Positions 1 to 9,575 of a DNA stretch of 64,000 nucleotides are shown piece after piece; within the stretch, counting starts at the first letter, position 1, and every line of letters begins with the position of its first letter. A model generated the notes under the pieces. That model did no database searches. It was not told where the DNA came from and worked only from the letters and a program-made list of their open reading frames with translations. This stretch comes from Candidatus Latescibacterota bacterium (lineage in GTDB: Bacteria > Latescibacterota > UBA2968 > GCA-2709665), in assembly GCA_963662665.2 (NCBI GenBank), contig CAXXJS010000010.1, positions 32,001-96,000 of the forward strand. Direction: 5' to 3'. A program made the translations under genes and the position numbers.

Positions 1-20
1 AGGCGCTCTAACCAGCTGAG

Positions 21-332
21 CTAACCGCCCATCGATTCTTCGGACGCATCTTCGGCCGGTTTTTCCGACCCGCCCAGCAGCAGACCGAGCGGGATCAGCA
101 CACAATATCCTATCACCAGCAGAACAGGCGCCAGCGTAAGCGACAGGAAACCGTCGACCGGGGGCTGAGACAGGCACAGGTAACCGATCAGGATCGTGCA
201 CAGGCCGGCACCCAGGAAAGCCCAGTTCCTGCGGGAGTAGGGCAGGGGACTCGGTGCAGGCTCCCGCCGCTGTTTCTGCACCCTGCGCGCGGTGCGGCCG
301 CGAGAGCGTCTTCCTGAATTTTTCGTTGCCAT
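21..332 (-). CDS. Small membrane protein, DUF3098-like
   Basis: 103 aa, two hydrophobic helices; RRNWAFLGAG...IGY and SLTLAPVLLVIGY pattern. Confidence 0.7.
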   Translation of the reverse strand: MATKNSGRRSRGRTARRVQKQRREPAPSPLPYSRRNWAFLGAGLCTILIGYLCLSQPPVDGFLSLTLAPVLLVIGYCVLIPLGLLLGGSEKPAEDASEESMGG

Positions 333-352
333 TGGGTATACCGACTCCCTGG

Positions 353-508
353 CAGTCCTGTTTCAAGAAGCTTCTATGCAGGCGCGACCAGGCCGAATCG
401 GGAATTCGGAGAGGGACGCGCAACACGGTAATTCTGTCACAAGAGCCGCCCGTCCGGCTGAAGCATGCGAGGCAGGCTGCAGACCGGATGGGCTTTTTCA
501 ACGGGCTG
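353..508 (+). mobile_element. MITE-like dispersed repeat, copy 1
   Basis: Ends in CCGGATGGGCTTTTTCAACGGGCTG; about 130 bp align by eye with 27320-27451. Confidence 0.65.
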
Positions 509-510
509 CT

Positions 511-867
511 TTATGAAGCGGTCCGTTTTTCCTCAATCCTTGCGGCTTTGCCCTGCAGTTCGCGCAGATACTTAATACGTGTACGGCGCACCTTGCCGGG
601 TCGAATCTGCTCGACCCTCGCCACGCGCGGCGAGTGGAGCGGAAAAATCCGCTCCACTCCCACACCGCCCACCACCATCTTCCGTACCGTGAAAGTCTCC
701 TGGATCCCGTGTCCACGACGCTGGATCACCACGCCTTCGAATACCTGCGTTCGCTGCTTTTCGCCTTCAACCACCCGTACGAGCACCCGCACGGTATCCC
801 CCGCGCCAAACTGCGGCACATCGGACTTGATCTGTTCCTCGGTCAAGGATTTCAACAACGCGTCCAT
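511..867 (-). CDS. rplS: 50S ribosomal protein L19
   Basis: [34 protein letters not shown]; ATG at 867 with AGGAG RBS. Confidence 0.97.
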   Translation of the reverse strand: MDALLKSLTEEQIKSDVPQFGAGDTVRVLVRVVEGEKQRTQVFEGVVIQRRGHGIQETFTVRKMVVGGVGVERIFPLHSPRVARVEQIRPGKVRRTRIKYLRELQGKAARIEEKRTAS

Positions 868-960
868 GGTGACACTCCTGAAACGAAATAAACAACCTGA
901 GAAAAAACCGCCGCTTTCTGCCGGTTGGATGCAGTGTGAATACTCTGCAACCAACGTCAG

Positions 961-1698
961 TTACTTCCCGTGCCCACCAACATTGCCCTTCTCTGAACCG
1001 ACACTGTCTCCAACGCCTTTTCTCTTCAACAGGTCCGGACGCCGTTCCCGGGTCCGTTGCACCGCCGTGTCGTGCCGCCACCCTGCAATCCGCAGATGGT
1101 CGCCACTTAACAGAACATCGGGAACCCGCAGGCCCTCAAACTCTCTGGGCTTCGTATACCACGGACAATCCAGAAGCCCGTTCTGAAACGAATCCTCCAG
1201 GGCGGATTCCGCGTCTCCGATGGCCCCGGGGATCAATCGCACGATCGCGTCCAGCAACACCAGCGCGGGCAATTCGCCGCCACTCAACACGTAATCGCCC
1301 ACCGAAACTTCCTCGGTAACGTACAAATCCCGGACACGCTCGTCAATACCACGATACCGTCCGCACAAAAACACCAGATTCGGCGCAAGGGACAATCGGT
1401 TTACGGTCTTCTGATCCAGCCGTTTCCCCTCCGGCGTGAGGAAAATTACATAATCCAGCGGCCGACCGGCGTCTTGAATGGCGGCCAGCGCCCGGGCGAT
1501 CGGTCCGGGCTTGAACACCATTCCCGCTCCGCCACCGTAGGGTGCGTCGTCCACCGAACGGTGGACGTCATCGGTAAAATCCCTCAAATCATGCGCTGCG
1601 ACGTCGATCAGGCCCGCACGGACCGCACGACCCGTAATGCCAAACGCAGCCACGTCTCGAATCAGATCCGGAAATATGGTGAGGAAGTCTATATACAT
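961..1698 (-). CDS. trmD: tRNA (guanine37-N1)-methyltransferase
   Basis: LTIFPD, VDDAPYGGGAGM, CGRYRGIDER, SVGDYVLSGGE; synteny with rimM/rplS. Confidence 0.97.
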   Translation of the reverse strand: MYIDFLTIFPDLIRDVAAFGITGRAVRAGLIDVAAHDLRDFTDDVHRSVDDAPYGGGAGMVFKPGPIARALAAIQDAGRPLDYVIFLTPEGKRLDQKTVNRLSLAPNLVFLCGRYRGIDERVRDLYVTEEVSVGDYVLSGGELPALVLLDAIVRLIPGAIGDAESALEDSFQNGLLDCPWYTKPREFEGLRVPDVLLSGDHLRIAGWRHDTAVQRTRERRPDLLKRKGVGDSVGSEKGNVGGHGK

Positions 1699-1732
1699 AG
1701 CAGTCCGGTCGCATGGTGCCTTTTTTCGCTTT

Positions 1733-2263
1733 CTAATCCAGGAGTCCCTCAACGTCCTTCACGACCAGACGCCCGCCCTCCAGGTCGACCCGAACCAGAT
1801 CCTTCGCGGCGGGTACCAGACGTTCCCTCCCATCATCCCCGTTGATCACGTACAGATCGTTTCCGGGATGGGAAATCACGTCGACCACCTTCCCGACTTC
1901 CAAACCTTCTTCCGTCTCAGCCTTCAGTCCCACGATCTCAAAAACGTAAAATGTATCTTCAGGAAGCCGGTACACCTCGTCGGCGCTGACCAGTAACCGG
2001 CTTCCCCGAAACGGCGCAACAGCGGCAGACGTGTCTATGCCGAGGAATTTTACGGCCATGCGCCGACCATAGTTCCGCACGCGGTCGATCCCGAGTGTCA
2101 CCCGGTTCCCGTCGGGGCTTTCGACCAGAGCTTGCTTGAGATCTTCAAACCGTTCCGGAAAATCCGTCAGGGGATGCAGAAACGCCTCGCCCATGAGGCC
2201 TCTGGGTTTCAGAACCCTGCCGATGGCGACGTATCGTTCCCGATCTGCCGGATCTTGAGACAA
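1733..2263 (-). CDS. rimM: 16S rRNA processing protein RimM
   Basis: IGRVLKPRGLMGE, TDFPERF, C-terminal PRC barrel; synteny. Confidence 0.95.
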   Translation of the reverse strand: MSQDPADRERYVAIGRVLKPRGLMGEAFLHPLTDFPERFEDLKQALVESPDGNRVTLGIDRVRNYGRRMAVKFLGIDTSAAVAPFRGSRLLVSADEVYRLPEDTFYVFEIVGLKAETEEGLEVGKVVDVISHPGNDLYVINGDDGRERLVPAAKDLVRVDLEGGRLVVKDVEGLLD

Positions 2264-2266
2264 GGA

Positions 2267-2572
2267 TTATTCCTCATCTTCAGGTTCGGTTTCGGCCGAT
2301 TCGTCCGTTTCGGTTGCGGATGTGCCGTCCTGGCTCAGTATTCCCTGCTGCCGAAGCAGACTCTTCACCGTTCCTGACGGCTCGGCGCCCAGTTCCAGCC
2401 AGTGGCGCGCCCGCTCGGCGTTCAACCGGACAACCCGCGGATTCTCGGTTGGATCGTAATACCCCAGGCTTTCAATGAACCGACCGTCCCTCGGGGACCG
2501 GCTGTCTGCAATCACGACCCTGTAAAACGGTGAATTCCTGGCGCCTTTTCGGGTCAATCGAATCTTTACCAA
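2267..2572 (-). CDS. rpsP: 30S ribosomal protein S16
   Basis: [29 protein letters not shown]; TTG start at 2572 with GGAGG RBS. Confidence 0.97.
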   Translation of the reverse strand: MVKIRLTRKGARNSPFYRVVIADSRSPRDGRFIESLGYYDPTENPRVVRLNAERARHWLELGAEPSGTVKSLLRQQGILSQDGTSATETDESAETEPEDEE

Positions 2573-2639
2573 GATCCATCCTCCCAATCTGAAAACAAGC
2601 TGTCAGACTTCCGTTGCTCTGCCGATTACAGAATTCGAC

Positions 2640-3968
2640 TCAAACCGGAAACGGTACTCCCGCGCCGCGGCCCTGTTTTTCCGTCCGCGACATCCGTCTC
2701 ATCATCTTGCGCATCATCCCGAACTGCTTGATCAGCCTATTGACTTCCTGGATGCTGCACCCGCTGCCTTTCGCAATGCGCCGGCGCCTGCTGCCGTTCA
2801 GGATCTGGGGTCTTGCCCGCTCGTGCCGTGTCATTGACAGGATGATCGCTTCAGTATGCACAAATGCGTCTTCATCCACCTGCATTCCCTTCATTGCTTT
2901 TCCCGCTCCCGGAACCATGTCCATCAGCTGGTTCAACGGCCCCATCTTGCGAACCTGATCCAGCTGCTGCAGAAAGTCATCGAATGTAAATGATGCACTT
3001 CTCAGCTTCCTTTCCAGCTTCTGCGCCTGTTTCACGTCCACCGCGTCCTGAGCCCGTTCCACCAACGTCACAACGTCGCCCATACCCAGAATACGGGAGG
3101 CCATCCGATCCGGATGAAACGGCTCGATTCCGTCCACCGTTTCACTAACGCCCGCGTATTTGATGGGTACGCCCGTGACTTCACGGATCGATAGCGCCGC
3201 GCCACCGCGCGTATCGCTATCCAGCCGTGTAAGCACCACTCCAGTAAAGTTGAGTTGTTCGTTAAACGCCGTCGCCGCTGAAACCGCGTCCTGACCTGTC
3301 ATCCCGTCCGCCACAAACAGAATCTCACCCGGCGAAACCGCGTCACGAATCCGCTCCAATTCCGCCATCCGTTCATCGTCCACGTGCAACCGGCCCGCCG
3401 TATCCAGAATCACGGGGTCCATCCCGTCCGCATGCGCCACGGCCACGGCCTCGGCGCAAATCACCGCCGGGTCGGTTCCGTCTGCCGCCCGGTGGACCGG
3501 CACGTCTACTGACGCGCCGAGTACGCAAAGCTGGTCGATTGCCGCCGGCCGATAGATATCAGCCGCCACAAGAAGCGGCCGCAGGCCCTTCCCTTTCAGG
3601 AGTCGAGCCAATTTTGCGCACAGCGTCGTCTTCCCCGACCCTTGCAGGCCGACAACCATCACGACGTTAGGCGCCGGCGCCGTCAGATTCAACTCCTGAT
3701 GCTCGTCTCCCATGAGATGAATCAGTTCGTCGTGGACGACCTTGACGACCTGCTGCCCGGGAGTAATGCTTCGCAACACGTCACGCCCTATCGCCCGCTC
3801 TCTTACACGGGCAATAAACGACCGCGCCACCTTGTAGTTGACGTCCGCCTCCAGGAGCGCGCGGCGGACGTCTCTCAGCGCTTCATCGATATTGGCTTCG
3901 GCCAATCTGCCGCGGCCACGAAGCTTTTTGAAAACCCCTTCAAGCTTTTCCGCGAGATGATCGAACAT
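2640..3968 (-). CDS. ffh: Signal recognition particle protein Ffh
   Basis: ALLEADV, GLQGSGKTT, DTAGR, M domain; start at MFDHL. Confidence 0.97.
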   Translation of the reverse strand: MFDHLAEKLEGVFKKLRGRGRLAEANIDEALRDVRRALLEADVNYKVARSFIARVRERAIGRDVLRSITPGQQVVKVVHDELIHLMGDEHQELNLTAPAPNVVMVVGLQGSGKTTLCAKLARLLKGKGLRPLLVAADIYRPAAIDQLCVLGASVDVPVHRAADGTDPAVICAEAVAVAHADGMDPVILDTAGRLHVDDERMAELERIRDAVSPGEILFVADGMTGQDAVSAATAFNEQLNFTGVVLTRLDSDTRGGAALSIREVTGVPIKYAGVSETVDGIEPFHPDRMASRILGMGDVVTLVERAQDAVDVKQAQKLERKLRSASFTFDDFLQQLDQVRKMGPLNQLMDMVPGAGKAMKGMQVDEDAFVHTEAIILSMTRHERARPQILNGSRRRRIAKGSGCSIQEVNRLIKQFGMMRKMMRRMSRTEKQGRGAGVPFPV

Positions 3969-4012
3969 GGGGCCGTCCTGTCGTTGATCCTGAAGTGAGA
4001 CACAGAACGTTA

Positions 4013-4041
4013 AAAATACGGGACAGCGGGATTTTATGCAA
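4013..4041 (-). promoter_or_regulatory. Putative sigma70 promoter of ffh operon
   Basis: TTGCAT-N17-TATTTT on minus strand. Confidence 0.5.
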
Positions 4042-4092
4042 CAAAAAACTCCAGAATCGGGGCACCCCCGGATGGTCTTTCCCAGCAAACTG

Positions 4093-4758
4093 TCAGGCCG
4101 GCCCGGCCAACCCCGCGCGCCTCAACGCAGCCACGTTTTCAACTACTCTGCCATCCCGAAACGCTGCAGATCCCGCAACCAGAACGTCCGCCCCCGCAGC
4201 GACGGCCTGCCCCGCGTTTTCCAACCCGATTCCCCCGTCGATTTCGATCTCCGCATTCACGCCCTGACGTTCGATCTCCGCCCTCAATCGCCGAACTTTC
4301 TCCAGAGACTCCGGCATGAACGCCTGACCGCCAAAACCCGGCTCCACCGACATCACAAGCGCAAGATCAAGCGACGCGAGCAGGGGAAACAACACTTCTA
4401 CGGGTGTTGCCGGCTTCACCGTAGCGCCCGCCCGCATTCCCATCGACCGGATTTCACGAAGCAATGCGGGCACATCAGCGTTGACCTCCACGTGGACGGT
4501 GCATATGTCAGCTCCGCTATCCGCAAAGTCCTTCAGGTACCTGCCCGGGTCGCTGATCATAAGATGTACGTCAAGGGTCAACGCCGTCGTTTTCCGAACG
4601 GCTTCCACCACCATTGCGCCGAACGTAATATTCGGAACGAAATGACCGTCCATCACGTCCAGATGAATATACTCCGCACCTGCTGATTCCACGGCTCGAA
4701 TCTCGCGTTCCAGCGCGGCGAAATCCGCCGACAGGAATGACGGAGCGATTTTAATCAC
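4093..4758 (-). CDS. rpe: Ribulose-phosphate 3-epimerase
   Basis: IAPSFLSADF, HLDVMDGHFVPN, DVHLM, MSVEPGFGGQ, IDGG. Confidence 0.97.
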   Translation of the reverse strand: MIKIAPSFLSADFAALEREIRAVESAGAEYIHLDVMDGHFVPNITFGAMVVEAVRKTTALTLDVHLMISDPGRYLKDFADSGADICTVHVEVNADVPALLREIRSMGMRAGATVKPATPVEVLFPLLASLDLALVMSVEPGFGGQAFMPESLEKVRRLRAEIERQGVNAEIEIDGGIGLENAGQAVAAGADVLVAGSAAFRDGRVVENVAALRRAGLAGPA

Positions 4759-4825
4759 AAAAAAACCTCCAGTTCTCGGAAACGGGGGCTGAACGCATAC
4801 ACCAACCTGCGACGATGACCGACCG

Positions 4826-5560
4826 TTACAATTTGCTCACGACCAGCCGCACACGCGTACCCTGCTTAACCTCTTCCCCGGAATCGGGGACGTGGCGGAT
4901 CACCACGTTCAATAGATGCTGGGTGCTGAACTCGTACCGGATATCCCGCACCTGCAGCCCGGCCGAATCCAACTCCGCACGGGCCGTATCAAGCGGTTTA
5001 CCGACCAGATCCGGCATCGGGAACATCTCTCCCGGAAGCCCGTTGCTTAGCGTTACCGATATCGGCGTTCCAACCTGAACCCGCAGTCCCGGCGCGGGAT
5101 CCTGGCTGATAATCAGGCCTTCCTTGACGGTTGGAGACGCATCCTCCAGAGTATCACCCATGGCAAGGCCGGACTGTGCAATCCACAACTGCGCCTGGCG
5201 TAGTGATTTCTCCCGAAGGTCGGGCACCTCGTACAGGCGGTTCCCCCGACTGGGAACCGCATACACCGTCCGGTTTTTTTTCACAAGTGAATACGCAGGC
5301 GGATTCTGTTGTACAAGCCTGCCTTCGGCAATCGATGCGTCCCACCGGGGCTGCTGAAGCTTCAGCCTGAGACCCCGTTGAGACAGCGCCAGGCCGGCCT
5401 CGTCGGGTGTCAGATCGACGATATCGGGCACCTCTACCTGCTGGCCGGCACGCACCAGACGCGGCATGATGAATCGATCGAGCAAAATCAGCCCCACGGC
5501 GCCGGTGAGCACAGCGCAGCCCGCGAACAACGCCGCCTCTCGCAAAATCCTTCTGGCCAT
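4826..5560 (-). CDS. Membrane-anchored PASTA-domain protein (3 PASTA repeats, no kinase)
   Basis: N-terminal TM followed by VPDIV, VPDLR and MPDLVG repeats with Q.P.G motifs. Confidence 0.88.
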   Translation of the reverse strand: MARRILREAALFAGCAVLTGAVGLILLDRFIMPRLVRAGQQVEVPDIVDLTPDEAGLALSQRGLRLKLQQPRWDASIAEGRLVQQNPPAYSLVKKNRTVYAVPSRGNRLYEVPDLREKSLRQAQLWIAQSGLAMGDTLEDASPTVKEGLIISQDPAPGLRVQVGTPISVTLSNGLPGEMFPMPDLVGKPLDTARAELDSAGLQVRDIRYEFSTQHLLNVVIRHVPDSGEEVKQGTRVRLVVSKL

Positions 5561-5644
5561 CCTCCTGGTAACCCGCCTGTTTCAATTATTAGATACCGCG
5601 TCCGGGGCGGAGAAGTCTGCACGCTCCGTCCGGTGTCGGATTCA

Positions 5645-5673
5645 AAAATAGGACAACATCACCCTCGTGTCAA
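5645..5673 (-). promoter_or_regulatory. Putative sigma70 promoter of PASTA-rpe
   Basis: TTGACA-N17-TATTTT. Confidence 0.55.
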
Positions 5674-5687
5674 GATCACACCCCCCG

Positions 5688-6611
5688 TCAGCGCCCGATC
5701 GTCATTGAAACCCGGTGTGACATCCCCAGCACGGTGTGGTAGAGCGTTGCATAGTCGATCCGGAACACACCCCGGCTCACGCCCATTCCTATCGACAATC
5801 GCTCGGGCCGACCCCCTGTGCCCAGTCGCAACGTTACGTTGCGACTGGGACTGAATTCCACACCCGCGCTCGCTCCGGTTGGCTGGCCCGCTTCCTTGCG
5901 AACATCCACCAGCAACGCCAGATCCGGCACAACCTCGAATCCAACGCCCGCAATACCGCCCTGACCCAGCACGTCCACCGACTGCCCCCCCGCGTTCCAC
6001 GCTGCAAGGCCCAGCGTTGCCTTCGAACTGAGTACTATCCTCGCGCCCAGGTCGAATGCCGTCCACGCGCGGTTCGCGCCGGCGGCGACCGACAGCCGCA
6101 TGCGCCGGACCCTCACCCCGAGACCCAGCCGGGATGCCACACGAATGCCAAATGTAACCCCGGTTGTCCGCTCCCGGTACAGGCTGAACCCGTACTCCTC
6201 GTATCCGAGGCCGACGGCCACCCGGCCCGAAGACGCGACCGTCCCGATCGCCTGGACATCCAACGCCGCCATGCCGAACGGACGCTCATATCCTCCCGTA
6301 ACGCTGACTCCCTCGGCCCATGCTAACGCGCCCGCGTTCCAGAAAACGCCTTCAACGCCCGCCGCCCAACCCACGAATGTGTCACCCAATCCACCCGGCC
6401 GCGCGCCCACGGGATGAAACTCGAACGCGGCAGCGGCATGGAAGGGGACCGTGGATACTCCTGCAATCCCGCAGCAGGCCGCGAGTGCGATCCGGGCCAC
6501 GCGGCGAAGCCATGGATTTAATGGACCGCCGTGCCTTGCCACAACGAGCGGGCGCCGCTGCGCGGGGCGTTCATTCATCCGCCGCGCCGCGTTTTCGTAA
6601 GATATCCCCAT
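5688..6611 (-). CDS. Outer-membrane beta-barrel, PorV/FadL-like (start uncertain)
   Basis: Signal-like segment, GARPGGLG..VFWNAGAL plug motif, alternating beta strands, FRIDYA..HRVS C-terminus. Confidence 0.7.
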   Translation of the reverse strand: MGISYENAARRMNERPAQRRPLVVARHGGPLNPWLRRVARIALAACCGIAGVSTVPFHAAAAFEFHPVGARPGGLGDTFVGWAAGVEGVFWNAGALAWAEGVSVTGGYERPFGMAALDVQAIGTVASSGRVAVGLGYEEYGFSLYRERTTGVTFGIRVASRLGLGVRVRRMRLSVAAGANRAWTAFDLGARIVLSSKATLGLAAWNAGGQSVDVLGQGGIAGVGFEVVPDLALLVDVRKEAGQPTGASAGVEFSPSRNVTLRLGTGGRPERLSIGMGVSRGVFRIDYATLYHTVLGMSHRVSMTIGR

Positions 6612-6629
6612 CCTGAAGGGATCTTAACC

Positions 6630-6644
6630 GCAAGCCCTGTGCCG
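6630..6644 (-). promoter_or_regulatory. Putative sigma54 (-24/-12) promoter
   Basis: Minus strand CGGCAC-AGGGC-TTGC directly upstream of the PorV-like gene. Confidence 0.55.
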
Positions 6645-6684
6645 TACCTTGTATCTATCCGAAATAACAGACTATCTTATTCAA

Positions 6685-6697
6685 TATCAAATTCTTG
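6685..6697 (+). promoter_or_regulatory. Putative IHF site
   Basis: TATCAA-ATTC-TTG matches WATCAR-N4-TTR, in an AT-rich tract upstream of the sigma54 site. Confidence 0.5.
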
Positions 6698-6965
6698 AGA
6701 TGGAACTTTCCAGACCCCTGCCGAGCCACCGATCCGTATACTGCCGTGCCGAACGTTACAGTTCAAGGTCGAATTGCCGCCCGGTGGAAGACAGAAAGCC
6801 CGTGGGCAATCACCCACGGGCAATATAGAATTAGACCTGACCGCGCTGCTGCGTTATATTTCCAACCAAACCGGGACGAGGATGACCCGGCTCTACGCAC
6901 GGCCGAAGATTCCGGTTACCGCATTGAAACCTTCTCAATTATGACTGGATTACGGGACGGGCAGC

Positions 6966-7943
6966 GTGTCTCTTCGAATTCCCCTCCGCGAAGGCTCGTC
7001 GGTCAATCACGGTTGGTCCTATCACGACCGTATCCGGCCCGATGCGAAAGGGGAAACCGTTCTTCAGTTCTATCTTCAGCGCTATCCCCATTCTTCCCGA
7101 AGCGAATGGCGGAAACGAATCCTGTCCGGCGACGTTCGGCTGAACGACAGCCCGACGACGCCCGAAACGCCACTTTCCCCGGGCCAGCGGCTCACCTACC
7201 ACCGAAGACCGTGGCGGGAGCCCGACGCTCCTTGTTCCTTTGCCCTGCTCTACGAAGATGAACACCTTATTGCCGCAGCCAAACCCGCCGGCCTCCCAGT
7301 GCTGCCCGGCGGCCAGCGTCTTTGCAACACGCTGCTCGCCCGCGTCCGGGAACGCTACGCGGAAACCCCGGGGCCCGCGCCCCTGCATCGACTGGGACGG
7401 GGGACCTCCGGCATCGTTCTGTTCGCCCGTTCCGAATCGGCAAGACGAATCCTTTCCGAGGACTTCCGCAACCGGCGGTTATGCAAGATATACCGCACAC
7501 TCGTCGCCGGCACGGACATGCCCGAACGGTTTGTTGTGGATGTACCCATCGGTCGGATACCCTATTCGCCAACCCGGTACCTGTACGCGGCAACGAGCGA
7601 GGGTAAACCGGCCAGGACGGAATGCCGGGTACTGTACCGCAACCTTGAAACCAATCGGAGTCTGATCCGCGTCAATCTCGTCACGGGCCGCGCCCATCAG
7701 ATCCGGATCCACCTTGCTGCGGCCGGACATCCCCTGATTGACGACCCTCTGTATCGTGCGGGTGGCCTGCCAGTCGTTACACCTGCTGGAGATCGTGCTC
7801 CGCTCCCCGGTGACGTTGGATACCGCCTTCACGCGCACCAACTGTTCTTCACCCACCCGTCCACACGTTGCAACGTAGACATCACGTGCCCGCCGCCACC
7901 GATCCTCCGCACACCCGGTGAAAACCAGCCGATTAATCTCTGA
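6966..7943 (+). CDS. RluA-family RNA pseudouridine synthase
   Basis: KPAGLPV, HRLGRGTSG, TGRAHQIRIH, LHAHQL; S4-like N-terminus. Confidence 0.88.
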   Translation: MSLRIPLREGSSVNHGWSYHDRIRPDAKGETVLQFYLQRYPHSSRSEWRKRILSGDVRLNDSPTTPETPLSPGQRLTYHRRPWREPDAPCSFALLYEDEHLIAAAKPAGLPVLPGGQRLCNTLLARVRERYAETPGPAPLHRLGRGTSGIVLFARSESARRILSEDFRNRRLCKIYRTLVAGTDMPERFVVDVPIGRIPYSPTRYLYAATSEGKPARTECRVLYRNLETNRSLIRVNLVTGRAHQIRIHLAAAGHPLIDDPLYRAGGLPVVTPAGDRAPLPGDVGYRLHAHQLFFTHPSTRCNVDITCPPPPILRTPGENQPINL

Positions 7944-8715
7944 TTCTGGTCGTCTCATCCGTTAGCGCCTGTCCGACGTGCCGGCCTGTGAAACCCACGG
8001 CGTTTCTCAGGTCGGCGCCGCGCAGGTCCGCATTGTGAAAGTTGGCCTTATAGAGGTCGGTGTCTTGCATTCGCGCCTTGACAAGCCTGGCGCACCGGAG
8101 GTCCGTTTGTACCATGTCCGCATTCTGCAGCCTTGCACTATGCAGATCCGCATTCCGGAGGTCCGCCGCCTGAAGGTTGGCGCCCTCAAGGTATGCGCCT
8201 CTCAGATTGGCTTCGCGCAGGTCGGCGTTGAGTAGATTGGCGCCCTGAAGGCGCGCTCTCCGCAGATCGGTCCCAACAAGCGTTGTATCGCGAAGGTTTG
8301 CGCCCCGCAGCGTGGCCCCCCGCAGCCGGGCGCCGGAAAGATCGGCGCTCGTGAGATCGGCGAGTTCCAGATCCGCGGGCGCAAACACGACGTTTTTGAG
8401 ATTCGCGCCTCGGAACACGGCTCGCTGAAGGCTGGCGCCTGAGAGATCGGCGTCCTGAAGGTTCGCGTCCCGGAAGTTGGCTTCGTAGAGCCTGGATCGC
8501 TGGAGACTGGCGCCGTGAAGGTCCGCGTTCTGGAACCGCACGCCGCTGAGGGTGGCTTCGCTCAGGTCGGCGAATGCGAGTCTGGCATCCTGGAGTTCCG
8601 CCCGGTTCAGGTTCACGCCGGACAGTTCGGCGCGTTCTCCTTCCGTTCCTCCGGAATCGATCCACGATTGGTGGCGGTCAATGACAAGTCGCAGTTCGGA
8701 AGGTGACATGGACAT
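7933..8715 (-). CDS. Pentapeptide repeat protein
   Basis: Long A(D/N)LxG tandem array; H..W...GERA.L N-terminus. Confidence 0.92.
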   Translation of the reverse strand: MSMSPSELRLVIDRHQSWIDSGGTEGERAELSGVNLNRAELQDARLAFADLSEATLSGVRFQNADLHGASLQRSRLYEANFRDANLQDADLSGASLQRAVFRGANLKNVVFAPADLELADLTSADLSGARLRGATLRGANLRDTTLVGTDLRRARLQGANLLNADLREANLRGAYLEGANLQAADLRNADLHSARLQNADMVQTDLRCARLVKARMQDTDLYKANFHNADLRGADLRNAVGFTGRHVGQALTDETTRIRD

Positions 8716-8795
8716 TTCAAATCCCCGTCGGGTGTGGACTGTTTACGTCTCACGTCTTGCGTCTACCCGCTCACCATTCCCGGGTTTCGCCCCCG

Positions 8796-9356
8796 TCACG
8801 TCGTGTGAATTTCAGATTCGGTGATGACCAGGTCCATAGGGATATCATGAGGGCCGGTTGGAAGACGATCGAAGAGCTGGAAGTCGTATGCCAGACCCAC
8901 TCTTGAAGCAGAGGTCGTTGAAAGGAAACGGTCGTAGTAACCGGCGCCGAAACCAATGCGGTTTCCGGCGCAGTCGAAGGCCAGACCCGGAACGAGAACG
9001 ATGTCGAAAGCGTCGGACGGCACCAAGGCGCCCGCCCCGTCGGACGGCTCCAGCAGGCCGAAGTCCGACGGCTTCAATTCAACAAGGCAGCGGATTTCCC
9101 GGTGGATCAGCATTCGGTTGGGCTCTGTAACAGGCGCCGCGATTCGCTTGCCACTCTTCAGGGCGGATTCGATGAGGACCTGCGTATCGACTTCCTTCCC
9201 GACCGAGACGTAACTCGCCACGAATCCGGCGCGGCGATAGACCTCCTGGCCGGTCAGGCGCGCGACAATGTGTTCACTCCGGGCGCGAACCTCCTCGGAC
9301 GTCAATTCGGACCGTCGTTTCTTCATTGTATTTCGAATTTGCTTTTTGGATGGCAT
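8796..9356 (-). CDS. ygfA: 5-formyltetrahydrofolate cyclo-ligase
   Basis: VPGLAFD..GNRIGFGAGYYDRFL, HDIPMD; start at MPSKKQIR. Confidence 0.93.
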   Translation of the reverse strand: MPSKKQIRNTMKKRRSELTSEEVRARSEHIVARLTGQEVYRRAGFVASYVSVGKEVDTQVLIESALKSGKRIAAPVTEPNRMLIHREIRCLVELKPSDFGLLEPSDGAGALVPSDAFDIVLVPGLAFDCAGNRIGFGAGYYDRFLSTTSASRVGLAYDFQLFDRLPTGPHDIPMDLVITESEIHTT

Positions 9357-9402
9357 CGGGGTCGATTCGACTTGAAACCTTTCTGCGCTTTCGGGGTTCA
9401 TA

Positions 9403-9431
9403 ACTATACCTCGAGGATGGCGGGTTGTCAA
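9403..9431 (-). promoter_or_regulatory. sigma70 promoter of ygfA
   Basis: TTGACA-N17-TATAGT. Confidence 0.65.
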
Positions 9432-9497
9432 GACAGGAGCTCCATGGAAAACCGGTATTGCGGGTAGGGGCCGCCGCGGTTGGACGGAAAAGTTCGC

Positions 9498-9526
9498 TTG
9501 ACTTTGAATGTGGGGGCCATTACATT
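9498..9526 (+). promoter_or_regulatory. Putative sigma70 promoter of uppS operon (divergent from ygfA)
   Basis: TTGACT-N17-TACATT. Confidence 0.5.
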
Positions 9527-9575
9527 TACAAATGCCGAATTTTGAAGTAATAACGGCAAATTCTACGAGGGAATC

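Noticed and set aside
254-1186. 310-aa plus-strand ORF
   Set aside because: Antisense shadow of rplS and trmD.
9357-9575. 6S RNA expected upstream of ygfA
   Set aside because: The promoter sits about 45 nt from the start, leaving no room, and no long 6S-like hairpin is seen.
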